From: an uncultured Pelagibacteraceae bacterium | GTDB taxonomy: Bacteria; Pseudomonadota; Alphaproteobacteria; Pelagibacterales; AG-422-B15 | Direction: 5' to 3' | Length of the DNA stretch: 61,469 nucleotides | NCBI GenBank assembly: GCA_902565955.1 | Contig: CACFGR010000001.1 | Span: forward strand, 1-61,469 | Shown: piece after piece, positions 1-8,823 of the stretch | Numbering within the stretch: position 1 is the stretch's first letter | Layout: every line of letters begins with the position of its first letter | Made by a program: the position numbers and the translations under genes | Notes under the pieces: generated by a model | What the model was told of the DNA's origin: nothing | The model's input: only the letters and a program-made list of their open reading frames with translations | Database searches by the model: none

Positions 1-1152
1 CTCTCCTCTAAAAACTGTCTCAGCAAATACATGAGCTGACCCTGGAGTTGCTTTGAATCCCCCAGTTCCCCAACCACAATTAATAAATAAGTCTTTTACA
101 GGGGTCTTGCCTATTATTGGGCTTCTATCAGGGGTTACATCTACAATGCCTCCCCAGCTGCGAAGCATTTTAAGTCTTGAGAATATTGGAAATAATTCGA
201 CCAAAGGAGCCATCATATGTTCAATCATATCAAAGGATCCTCGCTGAGAATATGAGTTATAGGCATCAGAACCTGCTCCAACCACTAGTTCACCTTTATC
301 TGATTGACTTACATAAACATGAACGGAGTTTGACATGATGACACAATCCAGAATTGGTTTAACAGGCTCGCTTACTAAAGCCTGTAAGGGTACAGAGTTT
401 ATTGGGAGAGAAAAACCTGCCATATTAGCTAATACTGAGGAGTGTCCAGCGGGTACAAGACCAACTTTATCAACTTTAACAGAACCTTTTGTTGTTTGTA
501 ATCCAACAACCTTGCCATTTGAAATATCTATTCCTTTAACCTCACAGTTTTGAATTATATCGACACCAAGATTTTCTGCCGCTCGTGCATACCCCCATGC
601 TACAGCATCATGACGCGCTGTTCCTGCTCGCCTCTGAAGTAAAGCCCCTAAAACAGGATACCTGCCATTAACATTAATATGAGGTATTTTTTTTGCAACT
701 TGATCCTGATTTAGAATTTCAGCGTCAATACCATTTAAATAATTAGAATAACCTCTCCTTGTGATTTCTTGCATGTCATGAACCGAATGCGCTAAGTGAA
801 ATAAACCTCTTTGTGAAAACATTACATTAAAATTAAGCTCACTAGAAAGGCCTTCCCATAAATTAACAGCATGATTATAAAGAGCTGCACTTTCATCCCA
901 TAAGTAATTTGATCTTATTATGGTTGTGTTACGTCCAGTATTACCTCCACCAATCCATCCCTTCTCAAGAACTGCAATATTTTTAACACCAAATTCTTTT
1001 GCTAGGTAATAGGCTGTTCCTAATCCATGGCCGCCGCCTCCAACTATTACTACATCATATTCAGGTTTAAGATCAGGACTGCTCCATGCTTTTTCCCAAT
1101 TCTCATGATAAGAAAATGAATTCTTAACTAAATTGTATAGTGAGTATTTCAT
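1..1152 (-). CDS. soxB: Sarcosine oxidase beta subunit (heterotetrameric type). Partial: the C-terminus runs off the window edge.
   Basis: Absent from the ORF track because it is truncated. Reverse translation from the ATG at 1152-1150 gives MKYSLYNLVKNSFSYHENWEKAWSSPDLKPEYDVVIVGGGGHGLGTAYYLAKEFG...EKGWIGGGNTGRNTTIIRSNY...RRAGTARHDAVAWGYARAA...INCGWGTGGFKATPGSAHVFAE. The frame stays open to position 1. The start overlaps the upstream stop as ATGA. Confidence 0.85.
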   Translation of the reverse strand, partial: MKYSLYNLVKNSFSYHENWEKAWSSPDLKPEYDVVIVGGGGHGLGTAYYLAKEFGVKNIAVLEKGWIGGGNTGRNTTIIRSNYLWDESAALYNHAVNLWEGLSSELNFNVMFSQRGLFHLAHSVHDMQEITRRGYSNYLNGIDAEILNQDQVAKKIPHINVNGRYPVLGALLQRRAGTARHDAVAWGYARAAENLGVDIIQNCEVKGIDISNGKVVGLQTTKGSVKVDKVGLVPAGHSSVLANMAGFSLPINSVPLQALVSEPVKPILDCVIMSNSVHVYVSQSDKGELVVGAGSDAYNSYSQRGSFDMIEHMMAPLVELFPIFSRLKMLRSWGGIVDVTPDRSPIIGKTPVKDLFINCGWGTGGFKATPGSAHVFAETVFRGE

Positions 1153-2384
1153 AACTTAAACCTCTTTACAGAATACGGTGACAAATCTAAATCTGTATTG
1201 TTTGCGCAAATTTGTTGTGCAACCAGTTTTCCTGAAATGCCACCTAATGACCACCCAATATGTTGATGGCCAAAATTATAATAAATATAAGGGTTTTTTG
1301 GAGATTGTCCAATCACTGGAAGAGAGTCAGGCACCGATGGCCTGAACCCTACCCATGTTTTTTGAGGAAGGTCTGCTGAGGGAAAAACTTCCTTTAATGT
1401 CCGGTTTAAAAAGTTAAGGACTTTTTCATTTTTTGTTTCATTTAACGCTCCAAATTCAACAATTCCACCCGTTCTTAGACCGTCAGACATAGGTGTAAAA
1501 TATGTTCCTCGTTCTTGCCAAGATATTGGTCTTTTTACAATATTCTTCAATTCTGGATTGACCAAGTGGTAACCTCTTTCAGCTTCCAGTGGCACTTTGT
1601 CGCCTATATGTTTAAGCAGATTATTAGACCATACTCCAGATGTAATCACGACTCTATCGTGCAGGGTCTCTCCTGAGTTTGTTTTAATATTTATTTGATT
1701 AGTTTCAGTTTTTTTGATGGATATAACTTTCTCTTTTTTGAATTTTCCTCCTTTTTTAATAAACAGTTTCATTAATGCTTCGCTAACCTTGATCGGACTT
1801 TTTGCAAAATAACTACCTTCAAATAAGGCTCCTTTGTAAAAGATATTATTAATATTAGGTTCAAGATCAGAAATATCATCTCGACTCAGAGTTGTTATTT
1901 TAACACCTGTTTCTTCTCTTTTAGGAAAATCTTGTTTTGCAGCATTAAAAAATAATTTTGTAGACCATCCATACATGATAGACTCTCTTGATATATAATC
2001 TTCTGCATTTGCTTCGTTGAATAGATCTTCATAACCATCATCCATATGTGACAGTAAAGTTGTTAAATGTTGAACAGTGTGGTTAACTTTTTCATTTCTG
2101 CAATTGCTCAAGTATTTAATAATCCAAGGAAATGTCTCGTTTAATCGTTTTAGGCTAATGAATAAGGGGCTGTTTTTGTTTAGCAATAAATATGGAAATA
2201 AATAAAAATAGGATGATGAATTAGTTGGTATATTTGCATATTTTGCATAAGTTCCAGCATTGCCGTAACTTGCTTGTGATCCAGGATCATTCATGTCATA
2301 CAAGGTCACATCTTGACCGTACTTCTTAAGCCAATTGGCTGAAGAAATGCCAACAATTCCCGCTCCTATTACTGCTATTTTCAT
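1149..2384 (-). CDS. FAD-dependent oxidoreductase, DAO / D-amino-acid dehydrogenase-like family
   Basis: 411-aa ORF. It has an N-terminal Rossmann motif (MKIAVIGAGIVGIS) and a C-terminal HQHIGWSLGGISG region typical of DadA-like enzymes. It is translationally coupled to soxB. Confidence 0.7.
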   Translation of the reverse strand: MKIAVIGAGIVGISSANWLKKYGQDVTLYDMNDPGSQASYGNAGTYAKYANIPTNSSSYFYLFPYLLLNKNSPLFISLKRLNETFPWIIKYLSNCRNEKVNHTVQHLTTLLSHMDDGYEDLFNEANAEDYISRESIMYGWSTKLFFNAAKQDFPKREETGVKITTLSRDDISDLEPNINNIFYKGALFEGSYFAKSPIKVSEALMKLFIKKGGKFKKEKVISIKKTETNQINIKTNSGETLHDRVVITSGVWSNNLLKHIGDKVPLEAERGYHLVNPELKNIVKRPISWQERGTYFTPMSDGLRTGGIVEFGALNETKNEKVLNFLNRTLKEVFPSADLPQKTWVGFRPSVPDSLPVIGQSPKNPYIYYNFGHQHIGWSLGGISGKLVAQQICANNTDLDLSPYSVKRFKL

Positions 2385-2390
2385 TTGTAA

Positions 2391-3446
2391 TTATTGTGAT
2401 TTCATTTCTAGAAGTCTGCTTATGGTTCTGTTAAATTTATCTTTCAAATGATATGCACTGCCAAGATCGCTTATTTCTTTTTCTGTGCTTAAATATAATT
2501 TAATTTTATTATCATAGAGAACATCAATTAAATTAATAAATCTTTCTTGAAGATTAGAATTTGTATTTCCAAAAATTGGAACATTTTCAACGATTAATCT
2601 ATCAATTAATTTAATTAACTCGAGGTAGTCTTCAGTGCCTCTATTATCGCCACAAATTTCATTGAATTGAAAACGAGCTATTCTATTAGACAAATTCTTA
2701 ACAACAAAATTTCTCTTCTTCACACTTATTACTTTATCCTCGACTGAAGTTTTATTTGAATGGATAGAAAAAATATCATTTATTTTAAGCTTGCTAACCG
2801 GTGAATTTGATAAAAAAAAGTTCTTTTCTTCTTTTAATGATCTTGTTCTATAGTCAATGTCTATTGATAGATGATGAATTAGAGAGTTATTTTTAATTAA
2901 ATTAATAAATGGAATAAAAAGTTCTCTTTGCAGCCCTTCTTTGTATAAGTCTTCTGGGCTGGAATTAGAAGTTAATACAATTAAAATATTATTTTTAAAG
3001 AACTCCTCAAATAAATGCCCGAGAATCATTGCATCAGCTATATTTGTGACCTGGAATTCATCAAAAAATATGAGACTTGATTTCGATTTAATGCCTTTTA
3101 CAAGTTTTGAAATTATAAAATCTCTTGAATTTTTTTCATTTCTGAGTTGGTGTAATTGATCATGTATATCAATCATAAACTCATGAAAATGGACTCTTTG
3201 TTTTTCTTTTAAATTTACGTCATCATAGAATAAATCCATAATGAGTGTTTTTCCAATGCCCACTCCCCCGTATAAATAAAAGCATTTCTTTTGATTTAAA
3301 TTATATCGAAATAGTTTTTTTATAAAATTTCTGCTCGAACCTAACAAAAATTTATCTAATTCAATAACTAAATCTTTTTGCTTAATATTATGTTCAATAT
3401 GCTTATCTTTACAGAGCTGTTCGTAAACTTTTAAAGCTTCTGACAC
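2391..3446 (-). CDS. zapE: AFG1-like ATPase / cell division protein ZapE
   Basis: 351-aa ORF. The Walker A context FYLYGGVGIGKTLIMDLFY and the Walker B-like LIFFDEFQV are characteristic of the AFG1/ZapE family. Confidence 0.8.
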   Translation of the reverse strand: MSEALKVYEQLCKDKHIEHNIKQKDLVIELDKFLLGSSRNFIKKLFRYNLNQKKCFYLYGGVGIGKTLIMDLFYDDVNLKEKQRVHFHEFMIDIHDQLHQLRNEKNSRDFIISKLVKGIKSKSSLIFFDEFQVTNIADAMILGHLFEEFFKNNILIVLTSNSSPEDLYKEGLQRELFIPFINLIKNNSLIHHLSIDIDYRTRSLKEEKNFFLSNSPVSKLKINDIFSIHSNKTSVEDKVISVKKRNFVVKNLSNRIARFQFNEICGDNRGTEDYLELIKLIDRLIVENVPIFGNTNSNLQERFINLIDVLYDNKIKLYLSTEKEISDLGSAYHLKDKFNRTISRLLEMKSQ

Positions 3447-3458
3447 TTTTTCAAGTAG

Positions 3459-5894
3459 CTAAGATCTAAGTTTCTGATTATCAGGATCGTATGGACTTTC
3501 GGGTATTACCGTTACATCAAACATATCTCCCAAAATATCGATCTTTAACTTTGTGCCTACTTCTGAATGAGCTGGATTGACCATAGCTAAAGCGAGAGAC
3601 TTATTAACTCGAAAGCCAAAATTTCCACCTGTAGCGCGACCAATAACTTTGCCATCAGCATATATTGGATTATTGCCAAGCACATCAGCATCTTTGACAC
3701 CATGAACTTCAAGAGTTACGAAGGAATTTTCAAAACCTTTTTCTCTCCACTGAACTAATGCATCTCTGCCTATGAATTGACCTTTGTTTGGGTGAATGAA
3801 CCTGTCTATTCCTGACTCATATCCTGCGTATTCAATTGATAATTCTGTACCAATTAGTTTGTAGGATTTCTCAATTCTCAAAGAGTCCATTGCTCTTATC
3901 CCAAAAGGCTTTAAACCCAGATCTTTTCCTGCATCCATTAATGTATCGAATATATGATTTTGTACTTCAATTGGTGAGTGGATTTCCCATCCTAATTCGC
4001 CAACGAAATTTACTCTTATTGCAAGTGTTTCTGCAGCACCAATTTTTACTTTTTTACCAGATAGCCATGGGAAACCCTCATTTGTGAAATCATCCTCAGA
4101 TACTCTTTGAAGAAGTTCTCTCGACTTCGGACCAGCGACAACTAATACTCCAATTTGATTTGTAATATTTTCAAATTTTACACTTCTGTCATCGGGCATA
4201 TGTTTTTTTACCCAATCATGGTCCAGCCGTTGCCAAGCTCCAGCAGAAACACAATAAAAACTGTCATGAGACTCCCTCATTATTGTAAATTCTGAGTGTA
4301 CTCCTCCTTTAGAATTCAAAGCATGACAGAGATTTGTCCTTCCTATCTTTTTTGGTAATTTATTAGCAACTAAATTATCTAGGAATTCTTCTGCTCCTGG
4401 TCCGCTTATTCTGCATTTTGCAAATGCGGTCATATCTAAAAGACCTACATTTTCTGTTACATTTTTACATTCATTTCCAATGTGCTCAAACCAAGCTGAT
4501 CGCCTGAATGACCAATCGTCTTCTTGTGGAACTCCTTCAGGAGCAAACCAGTTTGCGCGCTCCCAACCAAACTTTTGACCAAACACTGCACCTAAATTTT
4601 TCAGCCTATCATAACAAGGAGCTTGTCTTAATGGCCGGCCTGCGGGCCTTTCTTCATCAGGATAATGGATTGTGAAAACGTTAGCATAAGCCTCTTCATT
4701 TTTTTTGATTAAATATGATTTTGATGCGTAATCGCCAAACCTTCTGGGTTCAACCCCGAGCATATCAATGGTCGGTTCGCCATCAACAATCCATTCTGCG
4801 ATCTGCCAGCCTGCACCACCAGCAGCTGTAACGCCAAACGAATGACCGTCATTTAAATATAAATTTTTTCTATCCCATGCTGGACCGATAATTGGGCTTC
4901 CATCTGGAGTATAACAAATAGCACCATTATAAACTTTCTTAATTCCTGCTTCTCCAAAAATAGGAACTCTGTGAATTGCATGCTCTATATGAGGGCCAAG
5001 TCTGTCTAAGTCTTCTTGGAATAATTCATACTCACAGTCTTTGCTAGGTCCGTTGACATAGCAACATGGTGCACCATTTTCATATGGTCCAAGAATTAAT
5101 CCACCAGCTTCCTCACGCATATACCATGCGCCGTCAGATCCTCTAAGTACACCCATTTCAGGAAGGCCTTCTTTTTGTCTTTCTAGAATTTTAGGATGAG
5201 CTTCTGTAACTATATATTGATGCTCAACAGGTATCACTGGGATATCTAATCCAACCATTTCTCCGGTTTGCCTGACAAAATTTCCCGAGCATGAAACAAC
5301 AATATCACATTTGATTTCACCTTTATCAGTTGTAACAATCCAACTATCATCTGGTAACTGTTCAAGTCCTATGACTGCAGTTTGTCTGTAAATTTCAGCT
5401 CCAAGCGCTCTTGCTCCTTTTGCTAGAGCTTGCGTAAGATCATTGGGTTGTATGTATCCATCCTCAGGGTGCTGTATAGCACCCACTAAGCCCTCAGTTG
5501 AACAAAGCGGCCAAACTTTTTGAACTTCTTCGGGAGTTAAAAAATTGACTTTAACACCTATTGTTTCCGCAACACCTGCATATTGACGATACTCATCCAT
5601 TCTATCCTGATTTTCAGCAAGTCGAATATTACTTACTTGCCTAAAGCCAACATCTTGACCAGTTTCTTTTTCGAGTTCTTGATAAAATTTAACTGAGTAT
5701 TTATGGATTTGACCAACAGAGTAACTCATGTTGAATAAAGGCATCAAACCCGCAGCGTGCCACGTCGAACCTGATGTAAGTTCTTTGCGTTCGCACAAAA
5801 CTACATCAGACCATCCTTTTTTTGCAAGGTGGTAAAGCGTACTAACTCCAACTACACCGCCACCAATGACGACAACTTTAGCTTTGTTTTTCAT
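3459..5894 (-). CDS. Dimethylglycine dehydrogenase-like enzyme (N-terminal FAD oxidoreductase fused to a C-terminal GcvT aminomethyltransferase/THF-binding domain)
   Basis: The ~811-aa two-domain layout has KVVVIGGGVVGVSTLYHLAK at the N-terminus and a GcvT-like C-terminal half. I moved the start to the ATG at 5894 (MKNKAKVVVIGGG), 5 nt after the upstream stop. The track start at 5915 would overlap the upstream gene. Confidence 0.8.
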   Translation of the reverse strand: MKNKAKVVVIGGGVVGVSTLYHLAKKGWSDVVLCERKELTSGSTWHAAGLMPLFNMSYSVGQIHKYSVKFYQELEKETGQDVGFRQVSNIRLAENQDRMDEYRQYAGVAETIGVKVNFLTPEEVQKVWPLCSTEGLVGAIQHPEDGYIQPNDLTQALAKGARALGAEIYRQTAVIGLEQLPDDSWIVTTDKGEIKCDIVVSCSGNFVRQTGEMVGLDIPVIPVEHQYIVTEAHPKILERQKEGLPEMGVLRGSDGAWYMREEAGGLILGPYENGAPCCYVNGPSKDCEYELFQEDLDRLGPHIEHAIHRVPIFGEAGIKKVYNGAICYTPDGSPIIGPAWDRKNLYLNDGHSFGVTAAGGAGWQIAEWIVDGEPTIDMLGVEPRRFGDYASKSYLIKKNEEAYANVFTIHYPDEERPAGRPLRQAPCYDRLKNLGAVFGQKFGWERANWFAPEGVPQEDDWSFRRSAWFEHIGNECKNVTENVGLLDMTAFAKCRISGPGAEEFLDNLVANKLPKKIGRTNLCHALNSKGGVHSEFTIMRESHDSFYCVSAGAWQRLDHDWVKKHMPDDRSVKFENITNQIGVLVVAGPKSRELLQRVSEDDFTNEGFPWLSGKKVKIGAAETLAIRVNFVGELGWEIHSPIEVQNHIFDTLMDAGKDLGLKPFGIRAMDSLRIEKSYKLIGTELSIEYAGYESGIDRFIHPNKGQFIGRDALVQWREKGFENSFVTLEVHGVKDADVLGNNPIYADGKVIGRATGGNFGFRVNKSLALAMVNPAHSEVGTKLKIDILGDMFDVTVIPESPYDPDNQKLRS

Positions 5895-5899
5895 ATGAA

Positions 5900-6580
5900 T
5901 TATGGTCCGGCCCAATCAACAGCACAATATTCGGCACTTCCACCTGTGAAATCCCAATTACGGCCGTGATCTCTAATCCTACTTCTTTTTGATCCTTTGC
6001 AAACAATTATTTCTGGCGCAACCCAATATTTTAAGTTTGATACTTTTACTACTTCGCCTCTCTCTTTTCCTGGCTCATGTTCAATTCGACCATCTAAGAT
6101 TTCTGGAATTGTAAACGACCATCCATCGTCGGTTTCTTTATATGATATAGAACATCTTTTTACGCCAAGGAAGTTTGCAATCATATGTCTAAACCAACCT
6201 GTTTGTCCACCTGCTTGACCTGAGAAAATAACTGCGAGCGCATCAGCTGCATCATCAGATGCTTTTTCGTCAATATATAATCCTGCTGTCCAACCGCCTG
6301 AACCTAAAGGGCCAGGAACTTCTAAAAGAATAGCAACATTTAAACCACTTAAATCCATAATTCCTTTAGACTCTCTTTTGATAGGGTTAAATCCAGACCA
6401 CTTTTCTTCTGCGTATCCTTCTTCGATATTAATTCCCCACCATGAAAAGCATTTACCATTTGGTGAATTTGGAACCGCTCTCCCCAGGGACATCGGACAA
6501 TTGCAAAATACATCGCAGTTACAATTCAGCAAAAAATTTCCTTTTATTTCCCAATGTAAGTTTAGTGGATTTACAGTCAT
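5900..6580 (-). CDS. DUF1326 family protein (cysteine-rich, unknown function)
   Basis: 226 aa. The N-terminal HWEIKGNFLLNCNCDVFCNCP (CxC-x3-CxC) and the later GLNVAILLEVPGP...ALAVIFSGQAGG match my recollection of DUF1326 proteins. It is adjacent to a DUF2182-type membrane protein, which is the usual pairing. Confidence 0.65.
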   Translation of the reverse strand: MTVNPLNLHWEIKGNFLLNCNCDVFCNCPMSLGRAVPNSPNGKCFSWWGINIEEGYAEEKWSGFNPIKRESKGIMDLSGLNVAILLEVPGPLGSGGWTAGLYIDEKASDDAADALAVIFSGQAGGQTGWFRHMIANFLGVKRCSISYKETDDGWSFTIPEILDGRIEHEPGKERGEVVKVSNLKYWVAPEIIVCKGSKRSRIRDHGRNWDFTGGSAEYCAVDWAGP

Positions 6581-6584
6581 ATAG

Positions 6585-7466
6585 TTAAATAAGTATTAAA
6601 TACGCCCCCCAACCTACAAGAAGAATGCCCAGAAATCTAGAGCTAAGTTTCTCGTAAGGCAGCATTTTTTCAGCCAATACAATTATTGTTATTGCGACAA
6701 CCCAAAGTAAATTCATAACTCCATTTACAAAAAGCAGAAGCATAAGAACCCAGCAACACCCTAAGCAAAATAAACCATGCTTTAGACCCACATAGGCAAC
6801 ATTTCCGTATCCTTTAATAGGACCAGCCATTAGAAACGATAAGGGGTTTCTGCATTTCTCAAGACATGTATCTTTCAAACTTGTAAATTGAAATGCACCT
6901 GCTCCAACAAGAAGTAATCCTGCAAGAATATTATTTTGTAATGTTCCCATCATATCGACTACTCCGTTATTGTGAAAAATATATTGAAGAGTACATGCAA
7001 TAAGTGAAAAAATTGTCCAAATTAAAATATAAGTGAATGAAATTACTATCATCTCAATAATAATATTCGACGATATTTGCATATTCGATCTCATCATTCT
7101 AAAAATATTTAAAAAGATAAATGTAGATGGAAGCATCATCGCAAACATCATGACAGTCCACATTACGAACATCACGATAAAATCGTTTATTGTCCACTTT
7201 CCTGTCATTGGCATCATAAGAAAATTGATTGATGAGTTTTTTTCATTCATATTCATTGAGTCCATAGTCATTTCTGTATCAGACATCGAGTTCATTGACA
7301 TTTCATTTTCTGACACGGTTTCCATTGACATTGTCATTGGATTTTTATTTTGCATCATTGAGTCCATTGGATTAGATGCCATGAGGAATAAATAGTACCA
7401 AGCTAAAGCAATTAGCAAGGTGAGAAAAAAAAGTGTGGTGATATATTCAATTTTAAATGTTTTCAT
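6585..7466 (-). CDS. DUF2182-type predicted metal-binding integral membrane protein with a Met-rich N-terminal region
   Basis: 293 aa with multiple TM helices. The MWTVMMFAMMLPS helix and a GLFCLGCCW segment are typical of DUF2182. Residues 29-87 contain 17 Met. There is a 1-nt TAATG overlap with the upstream PCuAC gene. Confidence 0.6.
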   Translation of the reverse strand: MKTFKIEYITTLFFLTLLIALAWYYLFLMASNPMDSMMQNKNPMTMSMETVSENEMSMNSMSDTEMTMDSMNMNEKNSSINFLMMPMTGKWTINDFIVMFVMWTVMMFAMMLPSTFIFLNIFRMMRSNMQISSNIIIEMIVISFTYILIWTIFSLIACTLQYIFHNNGVVDMMGTLQNNILAGLLLVGAGAFQFTSLKDTCLEKCRNPLSFLMAGPIKGYGNVAYVGLKHGLFCLGCCWVLMLLLFVNGVMNLLWVVAITIIVLAEKMLPYEKLSSRFLGILLVGWGAYLILI

Positions 7467-7921
7467 TAATGTTCTGTATGATCTTCTAGACTTTTTTGAG
7501 TTTCAACCTCAAAAAGCACTTTGATCTCGCCTGCATTTTCAAATACTAAAGACCCTTCTAAACTTATTCCATGAGTTAATTCAATACTAAAATTTGAAAA
7601 CATTATATGGTGCGTGCCGGGTTTGAGCGATTTAGCTTTTTGTGGAGGGATTTCAATAAAATCAACTTTACTCATTGTAACTATTCCATTCTCTACACTT
7701 GAATAATGTAACTCAGTATCTGCAAAGTCAGTAACAACTTTAATTAAACGATCTGTCTCGAAACCCATGTTTACTATTTTCATATATCCAGCTGCAGGGC
7801 CTGATGAAATTACAAATTTAATGTGTGGGTGATTTATATTAATATGATCTTTTTGAAATTGGTGAGCAGCTCCAATTTTTGTAGAAACTAAAAACAAAAC
7901 TATTATTAGTGCTTTATACAA
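7466..7921 (-). CDS. Periplasmic copper chaperone PCuAC (DUF461 family)
   Basis: 151 aa with a signal peptide. AAGYMKIVNMG...ELHYS...GIVTMSKV...LKPGTHHIMF fits the H(M)-M-HxM Cu(I) motif pattern of PCuAC. The apparent start is TTG, 3 nt after the upstream stop, and no nearby ATG is available. Confidence 0.7.
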   Translation of the reverse strand: MYKALIIVLFLVSTKIGAAHQFQKDHININHPHIKFVISSGPAAGYMKIVNMGFETDRLIKVVTDFADTELHYSSVENGIVTMSKVDFIEIPPQKAKSLKPGTHHIMFSNFSIELTHGISLEGSLVFENAGEIKVLFEVETQKSLEDHTEH

Positions 7922-7924
7922 CCC

Positions 7925-8170
7925 TTAATCTCTCTCTGTCGAAAACATACAGACATCGTTAACACAAGTTAAAACGCATAATAAGTTTTTATCTTTGTTA
8001 TGATAAGATGCCCATAATTCAGTCTTTTCATGTTTTAAAAGAAGCTCAACATTAGAATCACAATTTTTTTTTGATGCTTGTTCAGATGCCAATTCTCTAT
8101 ATTTATTTGTTTCTATTATTTCGGAACAAGACAATAAAACAAAAAAAATAAATATTGATATTTTATACAT
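7925..8170 (-). CDS. Small Cys-rich putative lipoprotein (unknown function)
   Basis: 81 aa. It has a signal peptide with a lipobox-like VLLSC and five further Cys, including LLCVLTCVNDVCMF (C-x3-C-x3-C). It sits between the SCO1 and PCuAC genes. Confidence 0.45.
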   Translation of the reverse strand: MYKISIFIFFVLLSCSEIIETNKYRELASEQASKKNCDSNVELLLKHEKTELWASYHNKDKNLLCVLTCVNDVCMFSTERD

Positions 8171-8172
8171 TT

Positions 8173-8823
8173 TTATAGATTTTTTAAATCTTCAACCATT
8201 TGTTCAATACTAGAACCAAAGGGAAGTATGCTTCTTAATACATCATTATCATCAAAAATATAATAGAAAGCAGTATGTTGAACCATGTAGTTTTTTTCTT
8301 TATTACTTATTTCATCAGATTGTTCAGATGTACCTAAATAATTTTGATGTTCTGAATTTGTTGCCGGCTCTACATGTACAAAAAAATCTTTCCATATTGG
8401 CATAAGATTTTCATGTGTCCCCGTTAAACCAATTAAATTATTGCTAAAGTTGCTAAGAAATTCTTTTAATCGGTCAGGGTTATCCCTAACAGGATCAACT
8501 GTTACAAAGAAAAATTTTATATTTTCTATTGAATGGTTTTCTCTATTTAATTGATCAATGGCATTACTCATAAGATTTGCACTAATTGGACAAATATCTG
8601 GGCAATGAGTAAAGCCAAAAAAGAATACTTTACTATATCCGCTATAAGTTCTTTCACTTACATCAACTCCAAAATGGTCAACCGCTGTAAATTTTAAATC
8701 AATATCATTTGATACTTCTGAAGTATTGTCTCTAAATAATTCAGAAACTGCCCAACCAGCGACGACTGCTAATATAATTATTGAGAGGAATAAAAGTTGA
8801 TTAACTCTACTTCTTGAAATCAT
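8173..8823 (-). CDS. SCO1/SenC family copper chaperone (thioredoxin fold)
   Basis: 216 aa with an N-terminal membrane anchor. It carries the diagnostic FGFTHCPDICP (CxxxC) motif and a downstream His (MVQHTAFYY region). Confidence 0.85.
   Translation of the reverse strand: MISRSRVNQLLFLSIIILAVVAGWAVSELFRDNTSEVSNDIDLKFTAVDHFGVDVSERTYSGYSKVFFFGFTHCPDICPISANLMSNAIDQLNRENHSIENIKFFFVTVDPVRDNPDRLKEFLSNFSNNLIGLTGTHENLMPIWKDFFVHVEPATNSEHQNYLGTSEQSDEISNKEKNYMVQHTAFYYIFDDNDVLRSILPFGSSIEQMVEDLKNL

Noticed and set aside
53-553. Plus-strand ORFs of 64 and 72 aa in the track (53-247 and 335-553)
   Set aside because: They lie antisense inside the clearly recognisable soxB reading frame. They have no recognisable motifs and look like shadow ORFs.
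7033-7395. 120-aa plus-strand ORF rich in Ile/Phe/Asp
   Set aside because: It is the antisense shadow of the Met-rich (ATG-rich) part of the DUF2182 gene. CAT repeats read as Ile/His/Asp-type codons on the other strand. There is no independent support. The same reasoning applies to the other internal antisense ORFs in the track, for example 2941-3159, 3836-4087, 5997-6218, 6378-6584, 12077-12549, 13354-13536, 27196-28716 (several), 28795-29930 (several), 56942-57172, 57916-58506 and 60502-60771.
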